NCBI GenBank assembly: GCA_964247055.1
Contig: OZ176052.1
Coordinates: 11,408,001-11,472,000, forward strand
DNA from: Paragordius varius
Lineage: Eukaryota > Animalia > Nematomorpha
Reading direction: 5' to 3'
DNA length: 64,000 nucleotides
Both the position numbers and the translations under genes were made by a program. The stretch's first letter is position 1, and each line of letters starts with the position of its first letter. A model generated the notes under the pieces. It was not told the DNA's origin. It did not search any database and was given only the letters and a program-made list of their open reading frames with translations. Positions 44,901 to 58,200 of this stretch are shown here, piece after piece.

Positions 44901-47900
44901 CACCTTCTGTAACAGTGAGAGGATTAGATTTTAGCGCAGCATTTATAAGCTGGCCATTCTTTTTGTGAGCCGTGGTGGATGTCATTGAAATACCCGAAGT
45001 TTTGCGTATGGGATTCCTATTATACATAAACATGAATATTAGAAATAATTTGATAATATTGATTCCAGATTTGTGAAATAATATAAGCTTCTTGTCCCAA
45101 TATATGTTTTAATTAATGGTTTTATATTGTTTCTTTATAACTTAAATTATATTGTCAAAATATAAGAACTTAAACTCAAAATATGTGTAAATTTTAATTA
45201 TTAGCCATAAAAAATTAATTACCTGGTGTACGTGCTAGCAAATGAGGTGAGGGGATAAAAACCATTCCTAACATCATCCAAAAGCTTTTCAATCTCGAGC
45301 GCTGAAGCCGACAATTGGGATACGGTAAAACATGATTTACGCTGCACACATCAAACAAATATATATTAACAAATAAAATTTATAAGCGAAATTACACAGA
45401 AAATAAAATTAAAAAGGCTCATGTATTTGCATATTAAATCGAACCATATATTTTAATTCTTGTTTTTTTTTCTTTATATCCAACAAAAATATTTGACTTT
45501 AAAACTCTTTATGTTTTCTAAATCTAAAGAAATAATTTATCAAGCAATTTTTTTGAAAAAAACATACTTTAACACCATTGTTTGTTGCATTTGCCATTGT
45601 TTTGTTATCTGACAAGCCGCTAAAATTATATAAATAATGATATAGGGAAGAAGGTATTAAATACAATTGAACCTTTTTTGTGAGGGGGCCGCAAAAAAAT
45701 ATCAAACGAAAAGTTATAAAATAAAAGAATAAATTATAAAAATCCAAAGAGATATGTATTTTCAAAAAAAATATAATTTAATTTTAATTTAGTAAGGCAT
45801 ATTTTATCGTCAAAATGTAAAATCACACTTCACACAACGTAAAAGTAAAAAATGTTCGGCACACAAAAAAATTTTTTAAATAAAAAATGTTTAATCATAT
45901 CAATATATATATACTTTGAACTAGATATTTTTTGATTAGAGATTTGTTCAGAGTTATCGATATTGTTTCCATTTGAACCTAAGTAAGCAATTACATGATC
46001 TGGCCCATATTTCTTATTTATTATGAGTTCTGAAACGACGTCTGCCAAATATTCTAACACATATATATATATTCATTTAAAAAAATATATGATGATTTTT
46101 CTTACAAATCAATTATTTTTTAACATCATTAAGGTATCATTCATTAGATGAATCAATAAAATTTTTAACGTATATAATATGAAATTAGTTTTTAATTTTC
46201 GATTAAGTTATTCTAATCAATATTTTAGTAATAATCCTTATTAAAGATTCAGAAATTTACTTGAATTATTGACAATACAATGAGCAGATATAAGTCTTAG
46301 TGGATGGACTTCAAACAATATGGGATGGAATAAAAGTTCTTTTGCTGTTGGTCGTTCTTTAGGATCTGGGCAAATGCAACGCTTCAAAAAATCCTATTTA
46401 AGGTTATTGAATATCATTTCTTTATCAAACTTATATATAAATTAATTTAAAATATGTGAATTTATTAATCGAGATTATTAGAAAATAATTTTCGTTGACC
46501 CACTAAAAATATAAACTCAATCAAAAAAAAACAATAAATTAATATTAAAAAATTTAACCATAAAACCCAATATATTACCATTCATCTATAATTATGTAGC
46601 TCAAATGTTAAAAAATAATTCTAAAAATGTAATTAATCACTCTTTGCAAAGGGTTTTTTATGGATTCTAAGGCATTATGAATGGTATCTTCTGTGTTTGA
46701 ACTTAAATTTTCAGATGTCCCAGTAAGTTCCAATATTCCCGTCATCTAAATAAAAATTAAGAATAAAAATAAATTAACATATAAATATGCAATATTGCAA
46801 TCATTAAATTTGCATACTTCTAATGCACACATTCCAAAAGCATATATATCAACTGCAGTGGTCAGTGGTTCTAAACCTAAAAAAAATATAAACATTGTAT
46901 GTAATGAAATATTTCTCAAAATATAAATGATAAAAAAATAGAATACAAGAATATTCTGGGGCCAAAAAATAATGATCCTTTTGATGTTCTCGACAGGTTT
47001 TTATGTTTTGATGTATGGCATCAGGTGCAACTATATATCGACATGATGATTATAGTAAAAGTTTTAAAAATAATTTTGATAATATTGAAAATGGGCTAAA
47101 TTTCAAAGCCAAAAATATAAAAATTACATTAAAAAACCCAAAAAGCAGTTTTAACAAAAAAATCAATAATCTGTTGAATTAAATTAACTAAATACCTGAT
47201 CCTATCTTAATTAAGCCATTGTGTTGAATAAAGATTGTGGCCAATCGCAAATTGCCATGGATAATTGGTGGTTCACACGAATGCAAATAACTAAAATATA
47301 TTATAATTTTAACTTATATTGACTTTAGAAAATAATAATTACAATGTAAAATAAAATTTTATGTTGGTTCGTTAAAAAGTCAAGATGTTTGGAATATTAA
47401 AATATATAAATTTAAACTATAAAAAAATTGCCTTAAAGCAGATAAGATTTGTATACACCATCTTTTCCATGCCTATATTAAATTTATTGTTTGATAAAAC
47501 TTTAAGTTGAATAGTTGCACGGTTTTTCGTAGTAGTGAGCAAAAAGCTTTTAAATGATCCAGCCATATATTCGGTTATAAATATTACACGAGGCGAATCT
47601 TGTTTGAAATCAAGCCAATATGCATGAAATTTTACTATAGTCGGATGTTTCAAAGCCGTTAAATTTTGAAAAATGGTCTTAATTTTTTCCTAAAAAATTA
47701 TTAGTGACTATACAGTACCTCTTGATCTTTAAAATTTCTTCTTTCGGAAAAACTTACCTCATTCCAAACTACTTCCATTCCTTCTTCCATATCTAAGGCT
47801 AGGTAGGCGGCATCTATACCGGGTACGTCTCTTTGTTGAACCTTAAAATTATTTTAGGATGCTACTTTTTCTTTTCGCTTTAACCACCTTCCACAAGGGC

Positions 47901-47997
47901 TTTCTTCCAATACATCGGTATCATCATCAGAATCATCGGCACTGTATTTGTGGCTTCGTTTCTGAACAATATTATTTTCTTTGGAAGAGTTTTCCAT
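41958..47997 (-). CDS. NRBP1: Nuclear receptor-binding protein (NRBP/Madm pseudokinase) with long Asn-rich insertions
   Basis: Exons read LEESPCGRWLKRKEK, GIDAAYLALDMEEGMEVVWNEVSFSERRNFK, HPTIVKFHAYW..RVIFITEYM, AWKRWCIQILSALS|YLHSCEPPIIHGNL, FLAPEY, AVDIYAFGMCALE, RPTAKELLFHPILFEVHPL, LEIEKLLDDVRNGFYPLT, and C-terminal LILELKMENNIVRNLQC..LATELVGFAFINEADKEHV. Stop at 41958. Confidence 0.93.
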
Positions 47998-50239
47998 GCC
48001 AAAAATCACATATTTTACCCAACTTATATGAGTGCAAAATTTGGATAAATGCGTCTGAACTGATGCGTATATATTCACAGTGCACATATTAAAAAACATT
48101 GCCCATATGCTGTACAAATACATTAGTTTTTAATAAATGTCAGATAACATATTCAGAAAAGGCCATTATTGGTTTATAGGAATGAAAAGCGAAAAAAACC
48201 TCTAAACCAATAACATTGCTCTTTGTGGTCCATGTCAAAAGCAATATTCAATAAATGACTAGGGATGCGTCTCCCCACATTCTATTATTCTTAAGCATAG
48301 AAATCTTATGCCAGGAAAACATTTAATATCTTTGCATATCAATTTCATTATGTTGGCGGTTAATATATTTGAATTGTAGTCCAATTTATACTTAAAATTT
48401 GTGTATGATAAAACAATATTTTTAGTATAATGGCCGTACATAAAAATAAAATGATTTAAAATATTTATTATCATTATAATATTTTTGTGTTGCGTTTTTG
48501 GAGATTCTAATTTGGTTTTGGTGATTGTAACCTATAACACTAAACAACAAATTTTGACTGTTTTTAAGGGCCGTTCTCGTAAATTTAAAATTTATTTCAT
48601 TTAAAATAATTAAATCTGGAAAAAATTAAATAAACACTTAAGAATTTTTTTAATTAGGGTTTATTAATATTTTTTTCCGGATTAAATATTAAACTCAAAA
48701 TTTTCAACAAATGTTTCAGCTATAGAGCCATATATTTTATATCATTTAAAATAGCGACTGTATCATACGAATGGTATTTCAGTTAAATCAATCTCATGTA
48801 AAAATTTACCTTAGATAAGTCAAAAATTTCAGAGAATAATTTAGATCTCATATAAAATATTTTAACATAATTATTGGGGTTAAATTATTATAAAATTTAA
48901 AGAAATCTTTTAAAAAAAACTTTTGGATTGGTTTTTAATAAAATTTATTATCATCAAAATTATTTTACCTAATGGATACTAAATAGCATATTTAAAATTG
49001 TAAATTTATAACATAATGGTTATAAAAGATCAAGAATACCTTAACATATACTTTAAGTCTTTAAAACTTTGAAATTATAAGCTTCCTATAATATTTATTA
49101 GATGGTAATTTTTAAAAAGCGAAAAACTTAAAAATGGTTGGTTTGAATGTCATAAAAGCAATAATTAAGTATTTTATCAAAAAAACTTCGTGTGTTTTCA
49201 TTTTTGGACATTCATTGCCTTCTAGACAAAGTTTGAGCTATTTTCATTCATTAGTTCTAATAATATATTAATTATGGAAACCGCTCTCGATGTACAATGT
49301 TAACTATCGATGTAAAACTTTAAAAGTTTTTATTACTTTTTAGAATGATATATTATAAATGGATATTTATTAAAAATTTTATAGAAAAGCATTTTACAGT
49401 AAAATTCTGATAAAAAGGGCGTACAATCAATAAATTTAATTATACAATATCGTTTCATAACTGTCACATACATAAAACCTGCTAAAAGCACCTTAAAATC
49501 TATTCAATACGAAATTCCTCGCACCCGTTGTCCTAACATAACGCTATCTGACAATTACCCATTTGCATCAATGGGGGACAAGGGCGAAACAGCCCTTTAT
49601 TAATTTCTAAGACGCTGTAAAATGGCTTGACGAATAGTTTTCCAAAAAAGATAATCGGTTTTTTTAGCATGGCATTTATATGTTGCCTGTGAGATGGGCA
49701 AAACGCTTATAGAAGCTGATGCACAATATTTTGTAAAAATAATTATTTCCTTTCAAATTACATGTTTCTTCACCAAAAAAACGGTAAAAACTTAACACCT
49801 AATATATATAATTATCAATTCATAATTATCTAAAAATAAGATTGAGTACAAGCGCTTACGCTATTTTTTCACTTGCGTAGTCAAATAAGTCTCTAATCCT
49901 TCAACTAAATTTTAAGTTTGAATATTTTCTATAACCTATTAGGTGTTTGCGAAAAAAACCTTTTAGCAGATTTTAATTTTAATTACCACAATTTCATAAT
50001 ACCGATTTTTTTCCCTTTTGTTTAGCCACATGATAAAAATTAAAAAAAATACACATAAATAACTTAATATTTGTAACGTTGGATAAATATAATTGTAGTC
50101 TACCAGGGAGCATTCTTTTATTAATAAACGCAATGCGGAAATGCAATCATATTTTTGAATATATGCTAAATTTGACATAAATATTTTTCATAAAATTTAA
50201 ACTTCCTAAACGTTTAATTTTTAGAAAAATATTGTTGAA

Positions 50240-50921
50240 TACTACCTGTCATGATGGAAAAGGTGTAAAATCGCTTTTGTAGATGCTGAACTTTTCTATC
50301 GTTTCAGTTAATTTTAATTCGTTTACTTAATGGTGACATTATATAAAAATTGACATGAATTTGAAGACAAACGAATATTTTTATAATTTTGAGGTGATAG
50401 AAATGTTCAGCATCACGATATTATATAGAAAAAGTGTTTTTAATATCTAAAAGTGTTTTTATATCGTTTTCATCATGCCTTAAGGATGAACTACGCATCT
50501 ACAAAATTTTGCTAAAAAATAATATGTAAATGCATTTTTTTAAATTTTTTAATGTCAAACTTTAACATAAATTTAAATATTTTATCGCGCAATCCCCGCA
50601 TTGTTGCGTTTATTATAAAAGGACTAGCCCGTTTTAAAAGAGCAAAAAAATTTGGGATTTTCGGGGCTCACATATAAAAATTAAAGTAATATAAATTTGC
50701 ACTACCTTTTTTAAGTAATTTATGATATATAAACATTTAGCTTTCTTCAAAAAAAATTTATTACAAAATACCATTTTCTAACACAGAACACTTATCACAA
50801 AAGTGTAAATAACATTCTTATATCGCTTGTAAGCCCCAAAACCAAAAGGACCATGAGATTCCTGATACATTTTCTATCGAAATATATATATTTCATCAGG
50901 ATATTTTTTTGTCTAAACTGT
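50240..50921. mobile_element. Long-TIR palindromic element family B, partial copy
   Basis: TTTTATCGCGCAATCCCCGCATT, TTCGGGGCTCACAT, AAAAGTGTAAATAAC..CTTGTAAGCCCCAAAACCAAAAGGACCATG, and the terminus ATTTTTTTGTCTAAACTG|TA. Confidence 0.6.
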
Positions 50922-52234
50922 ATTATACAGTAAGCACATTTAAGCTGTCCTATTCACATTATTGTTGACGTATGTTATAAAACAAATTGTCCATAATTTA
51001 ACAAACAATAATGTAAGATAATAAAATTGTTTAATTTCAACATTTTTTTGTTTTTAATATACACTACTGTGTTTCAATTGGCCGAAAATAATGTGAATTG
51101 GCCAATATTAATATGCATACTGTATATATGAAATATTCTGATTTATAACTTTAAAATATGTGTACATATTTTATCTTCCATTGTGAATAGAGTATTAAAT
51201 ATACAAATTTTTATGTAATTATTGTCATAGCATATTCAGCTAAGGGCAATATGATTAAACCTTAGCTATTTTTTCACTTTATACCATTATTATTCAATAA
51301 TAATATTCTTTGTTCTATTCTATATGTTATCTAGCAATATTTACTGAAAAATACCAATGTATACTTGCTTATATTGTAATTAGCTCATTCGATATCTTTG
51401 TAAAAGATACGATATTTTGTAAATTTTATTTACTCAATACCATTTATATGATTTTTGCAGACGTGGCTTCTAAGAAACTCCCGTGTAGTCTGTGAGAAAT
51501 GAATAATAATAACAAAACGAAAATATTTACATGTTAATACCTACCTATATTCAATATATTATTATTTCTCGATTTTAAACCAATTTTCATATAAACTTAT
51601 CATGTTATCTAAATATATTTTATTAATTCTTTTCTTTATTCTATTGAATCGGCCATCAAACTCTCTAAGCTTCGAGAATGATTGCTTATTGGAAGAAGGT
51701 ATTTTATTTGTCTAAAATAAACGTTTATGAGTTAAAAATTCTGCTCAACTTAGTTTTTCTGGGCCAATAATTTTCTGATCAATTTTTAGAATAATAGTTT
51801 TTATGGATTTTATAATGTTGGATTAAAACATTCCAGAACCGATTTTTATTAAACAGAATTGAAAAAATTACGGTTTCTAATTGTTTTTCATTTTTTTATA
51901 AATGCTCATCTTGTTTATCAAATTATTAAAACCAAATATAATTTACTGAAAAACGTATTAATAAATAATTATACTATAATTATGTGACAAAAACTAAGCT
52001 CCCTGTAAGGTTAAAATACCAAAAAATTATCAAAAAACATTGAAATCTGATTTTAATTTTACCAGATTTTATTTAACCGCCATCGCCGTTTTGTTAAAGT
52101 CTATTATTTCCAAAAATGTCAAACGGAATTGGAAATAAAGCTAAAAAATTTGTGGAACTTTTAAACTCATTTTTCACCTTTACTGAATAATTATATAAAA
52201 AAATTTTTGTTAAATAACAAATAATATATTACAT

Positions 52235-54486
52235 TTGCAATTTATAGAGGCAAATTTAGTATATAATGCCAATAAAAATCCTGCCATGGGTCAACCAATC
52301 CTTCCACTTATTTTACCGGAATTCTCTCAAACTGCAAATGTCATCTTTAAATTGTCTGATGGAAAGAAGAGAGAAATATATTCGATTGATCATCAACAAA
52401 TATTGGATATTTATAAAAATCTAAAAATGTCCCTTCATTTAAATGGTCCGTATTGTGTGAGTGTTAACAAAACATTGCATTACGGATTGTTGAAGCATGA
52501 AAGTAAGTTTATTGGAAAAAAAATGTGAACATTAAAATGGTTTTTTTTACCTTCATCCAAGTAATTTTTCTTAACAATTTTTATTGTATCTCATATAAGT
52601 CAGGAACTTACTCATACTGTATTTATACGTTCGAATAATTTTGGAAAAAAATTTTTAAAAAGAAAAACGCGACACATCAACGTAAGAATAAGAGGGCGTA
52701 TTTCGATTGCTCGTAATGACAGTTTTTTTCCAAATAAGGATATGATATCTGGCTTAATCCGCAGTTGATATATTTATGTATGTGTGAGGCTTTATAAAAA
52801 TACATTTATTTATCTCTATTTAATAAAATAGAAATTATAGTATGAGTAAGTATACTAGTTTTTCATTAATGATTTCCGAATAGCAAATAATGCAAAGGGC
52901 TATATAATGGGCCCATAGGTTTTTTATACCTTTTTATTGCTATATATAAGCCAATGACTATGCTTTTTGCTCTATATGCTTTTTGGCACTAGTTAATGCA
53001 AAACTCATACTGTGTTTAAAAATTAAAGGGATCTTTGCATTTTATTGTACCATATATATATATATATATATATATATGGATGTTATATGCTTCAAAAGTG
53101 TATATGGTTTTTTAATACAATAATATTTATCGCTATTTTAGCTCTACAAGAACATAAATCGGTGTCCATTGGGGACAAAATTGAACCTCTTATTAAAGAC
53201 ATTGCGCCAAATTTATTTCTAGATAATGACTTTCATTTCACTAATCTAGTAATGTTTGTAAATACACCTTGGAAATTAGATTTTACTAGATTCACGATAG
53301 AGCAATTAGTACAACAATCTTTTATTCCATTACAAAAAATTAAATATTATGTGGTAATTAAACATATTGAGGAAACAGTTTATGGAACTCAGCATTTGTT
53401 ACATAGATCTTGTGCCGATTATTATAATATAAAAACGAGCTGTAGTTTAAAACTCGTGGGAAAAAATGGAAATGGTGGGCGAAGCAATATGGTAGAGTTA
53501 ATCGATTCATTTAAAATAATATACAATGTTTCACACTTGACTGGTAACGAATCCTATTCAATTTCCATTTACGTCAATGATACCCATATAGAAGAAATAA
53601 AGTTGACGCGAAAAGGTATCTAAATTAAATGTTTAATTCCTCTCTACAAAAGTAAATCTCAAGATCAAAAATAAGACTTAAATCATGCAACTAAAAATTT
53701 TAAACCGGAGTCAAAACATTTTGACAATAAAATATTTACAACTGCTAATTTATTCTTAAAATCTTATGTGGAAATATGAGTCAAGGAATGAATTACGATA
53801 AAATAGGTGAAGTCTAGATTTAGTTTTTATAGTTTGAAAATGGATTTCCATTACGTTTGAACTGATATTTAATAAAATATGCTATGTAAATGAAACGTTG
53901 ACACACACGGTTGGATTACCTAAATTAAGAGTTAAATAAAACTCTTAAATAAATTTTAATATAAATTCACAGTTATAATAAGTATTAACTCTTTTTTATG
54001 TAAAAGATTTAAAATGATGTGTTTATTTATTTTGCTTTAACCTTTAGTGTTTGATACCTGAATTTAGCATCTAAAACAATATCCGTTGGCAATTTAAATT
54101 TCTCTAATAAAATTAAATATTTTTTTCGAATCGACCCAAGGCTAAAAACAAAAAATTTAATCATTAGTTTAATAATTTGTGCAGTTATCAAAAGAGTTTG
54201 TCCTTATGCTATATGTGGAGGATGGATGATTTTTGATTATGTATGGGTCTAAAGAAGAGAGAAATATTTTAAGAAATGCAATTAGATTTTAAGTAATTGA
54301 CATTCTGTCATCAGTTATTGTATAACTTATTTATGTTAACTTTTGCCCTAAAATTTACGCTTTTATCTCTTACGTTAAAATCATTTTACTCTTTTAGATA
54401 TGAGTCAATATCCGGGATACTTAAGTATGTATTCGATACATTAAATATATTTTTTTTCATATGTAATTATTAAGGACATCGATTAA

Positions 54487-54541
<55 letters not shown>

Positions 54542-54808
54542 TTTATCTTTTTAGAAAATAATTATCAAAACGTTAGTTATGGAAAAGACCATGGTTATTT
54601 TCGTTTCTCAGTGGATTGGCCATATGAATTGAGCGCAACTCAATTGTTAAACCATAAATTTAACCCGTATTATGTAGCTTTAGTATACCGATATGATTCC
54701 ACAAAGGTAAAAGTAGAAGTTGCAACATTAACGGAACTACCTCCTTTTATATATTTCAAATATATTCCAAAAGATATTCTTCAAAAAATTTACCTTTATC
54801 CTGCTTGA
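52235..54808 (+). CDS. Unidentified multi-exon protein-coding gene (5' end unresolved)
   Basis: Phase-compatible exons: about 52247-52501 (NKNPAMGQPILPLILPEF..GPYCVSVNK..KHE), about 53141-53617 (LQEHKSVSIGDKIEPLIK..EEIKLTRK), about 54399-54424 (DMSQYPGYL) and 54611-54808 (DWPYELSATQLL..). No family recognised. Confidence 0.5.
54488..54538. repeat. (TA)n microsatellite, the longest of about 10 in the window
   Basis: Read directly. Other tracts at about 132-152, 4718-4736, 5808-5836, 17531-17560, 30086-30118, 31459-31481 and 53051-53077. Confidence 0.95.
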
Positions 54809-56490
54809 AAACCCAGTAAATTGTAATTCTATCTTACGAATCATAAATATATTAAATAACGATCAATTTTATTAGTGATTACACAAGCAATTATTGAATC
54901 GATTTTTATGTGATTTCATTTTTTATAGATTTTATTGCTTTGCAATTTACTTTTTGGCAATTAATAAAGACATTAAAATGATTAATACTATCATGTATAA
55001 TGGTTATTACAGTAAAAATAAATTTTGTACGCATAAAGCCTAACAAGGCGTTTAATAAGCCTATATAACAAAAATGATAAAAATTGTAGGATATATAATT
55101 AAATGGTTATTAGTTTACATACATATTTATATTTATTTAACGATAGGCCCTAATAATCAAGCCTTGAAAAATATGTTTGATTTTGGATAACTAATATTAA
55201 CGGAAATTTACTTTAAAATCCAGTGTATCAGTATAAATAACATTTGTCAGAAAAAACAGAAAACCTGACTCTTAAATAAAAGTTATTCGCATCTTTACAA
55301 AATGGCAGAAGTAAAAAACATTAAAGTGGACGATTTGAAATTTTTTGGTAATTATACCGGTAACTAAATGAATAAAAATTATTTGCGATGAATTAGATTT
55401 ATATAAAAATACATATTTTATCGATTTTAACTTTGTGGATTTTGGCCATTATCCTTAGGGATTAAATAATTTTATATTGAAACAATTAAAAGATGTTGGC
55501 AACAATGAATATTTAGGGATGTTATCCTTCAACTAAAATATTAAACAATAAAATATTATGCAGAGATTATAAAACAACACTTAAGTTCCCTTTACCAAGG
55601 CTTTAAACCTGGTCGAACATCATCAAACATCTGCAACCAAAACAGGTCTGGTTTCTAGAAGTTTAATAATATCCGTGGTAATTTCTCATACAATAATTTT
55701 AATAAAACAATTAAAAACCAAAATATTGACTATTACAAATTAAATCAAATTTATTGAAAGAATTATAATAATAATAATGCACTGTGATCATACAAAGGTA
55801 TGAAGGATATTTCTATGATTTTTACATCATTAAAAAAATTTCTATGGATTTAAATTAAATATTTCCTTAAACATTTCAGTGGTCAAACTTATTCTTTAAT
55901 TTTAATTAACATTAAAAAGTTCTGATTGACAGACACATAACCTATACGTTTAAATAAAAAAATATCATTGAAATACAGCATAAGCTATATTTAAAAAGCA
56001 AAACGATATTTTTAAAACAATTTTAATTTTCGAATGAGGGCTCCGAATGTTTCAAATTGTGGCCCCCTTTAAAATGTGCTAGTTTTACATAAGCCCAAAA
56101 ATACCAAATTGTGCCATATTGTTATTATATAAATTTTGGCAACTAAAAAAAAATTTTAAAAATTGCATACTTTGTATCAAAATTTAATTATAAAAAAATG
56201 TTGTTGAAGCGTTATTTGTTGTAATTTAAAGCATAGTGGAAAATATAACACTTGGTACTGAAACCACGGGCCACGAGCCTAGGCAGCCCCAAAACTGTCG
56301 TTCAAAGTTGCTCTGCTTACAAATGCATACAATTGACAAATTTTAACTGATTTTGATATTTATTAATATAATTATCATCTAAATAATGAATCCCTATTTT
56401 GTATTTTAACTTATAAACTTATTTTCCGGTTTTTTTCTTTTATGATATCATCAAAAAAAGTATAAAAAAATGCATATAAGGAATGGCATA

Positions 56491-56940
56491 TATACCATTT
56501 TTCATGCAAAAACATCATTTTTTCAACCAAATGCAACATTTTTTCAAGCAAACGCAACATTTTTTCAAGCAAACGCAACATTTTTTCAAGCAAACGCAAC
56601 ATTTTTTCAAGCAAACGCAACATTTTTTCATCCAAACGCAACATATTTTCAAGCAAACGCAACATTTTTTCAAGCAAATACAACATTTTTTCAAGCAAAC
56701 GCAACATATTTTCAAGCAAACGCAACAATTTTTCAAGCAAAAACAACATTTTTTTCAAGCAAATATAACAAATTTTTTGCACCAATTTTTTTGTCTTATG
56801 ACAATTCTATAATTATTTATTCAATCTTAAATTAACGATTAGTGGATTTTAGCGTTGAATTATTATATTTATTTTTTATTATAAAAATATTAATGGTAAA
56901 ATAATTTCCAAACATTTTAATTTTGCCCTAATATTCTATA
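56491..56940 (+). repeat. Solo or diverged foldback arm with about 11 copies of a 21-bp unit
   Basis: Starts TATACCATTTTTCATGCAAAAACATC, then an array of CAACATTTTTTCAAGCAAACG to about 56760, then a diverged copy of the non-repetitive arm seen at 57300-57468. Confidence 0.85.
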
Positions 56941-57129
56941 TATTTATTTAGATCAACATTATTTTAATATACAAACATATATTTTAAATATTTGACTTTT
57001 TTAATCTTTTAAACGTATATAAACCTTTAAGTTTATTATTAATTGATAAAATAGATAAATAGTTATATGTTTTACGCAAACTAATCAAGATAATAACTAG
57101 CTTAAAGTCTGAGATTCAATTTAAGTTAG

Positions 57130-58200
57130 TATACCATTTTTCATGCAAAAACATCATTTTTTCAACCAAATCCAACATTTTTTCAACCAAACTCAACATT
57201 TTTTCAAGCAAGCGCAACATTTTTTCAACCAAAGACAACATTTTTTCATCCAAACGCAACATTTTTTCAACCAACGACAACATTTTTTTAAGCAAAAACA
57301 ACAATTTTTTTAAAATAAAAAACCATTTTTTTTATTTTAAGACATATTAAATTTAAAGTTAATGTAAATCTAGAATTATGATTTTTATTGTTTTATCATC
57401 AATATTTGATGGTATGATTGATTTTCAAACATTTTAATTTAGCCCATAAATTGCATTATTTATTTATAAATATTTCTTTTATCAATCAATACAATTTGCG
57501 CTTTAAGACTCTCTTTAAAATTTTAAAGTTATCATTCGCTTAAAATTCCTTACATTTTTTGCAGTTTCCATACAGCCGTTATTTTTGTGTGTAATTATCT
57601 ATATATTAAACTAATATCTCTATTTATTAGTTTTTGAATCAAAATTAAAATGTTGAAGGATCAACTTGAAGTGTTCTAGGACTAAGTTTAAATTTAAAAG
57701 AACAATCTTGAAGCGCAGTATATGTTGATTAGGTGAAACTTAAGTTGTAAAAGAAAAAAATAATTAATATAAATAAATAGTGCAATTTATGGGCTAAATT
57801 AAAATGTTTGAAAATCAATCATACCATCAAATATTGATGATAAAACAATAAAAATCATAATTCTAAGCTAAAATTAATTTACATTAACTTTAAATTTAAT
57901 ATGTCTTAAAATAAAAAAAATGGTTTTTTATTTTAAAAAAATTGTTGTTTTTGCTTGAAAAAATGTTGTCGTTGGTTGAAAAAATGTTGCGTTTGGATGA
58001 AAAAATGTTGTCTTTGGTTGAAAAAATGTTGCGTTTGCTTGAAAAAATGTTGCGTTTGCTCGAAAAAATGTTGTCTTTGCTTGAAAAAATGTTGCGTTTG
58101 CTCGAAAAAATGTTGCGTTTGCTTGAAAAAATGTTGAGTTTGGTTGAAAAAATGTTGCATTTGGTTGAAAAAATGATGTTTTTGCATGAAAAATGGTATA
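57130..58200. mobile_element. Foldback-type element: inverted arms (57130-57468 and 57768-58200) each containing a 21-bp minisatellite, with a spacer of about 300 bp
   Basis: The arms are near-perfect reverse complements. The right arm has 4 extra 21-bp units and about 10 extra bp. Both termini read TATACCATTTTTCATG, compatible with a TA target site. Confidence 0.85.

Noticed and set aside
49480-49780. Stop-codon readthrough or alternative genetic code, suggested by in-frame stops in a coding-like block
   Set aside because: The conserved genes in the window (ATP5F1B, NRBP, MED8) translate with the standard code and end at normal stops, so decay is the simpler explanation.
56491-58200. CRISPR-like array
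   Set aside because: The units are head-to-tail with no unique spacers, the context is eukaryotic, and there are no cas genes.
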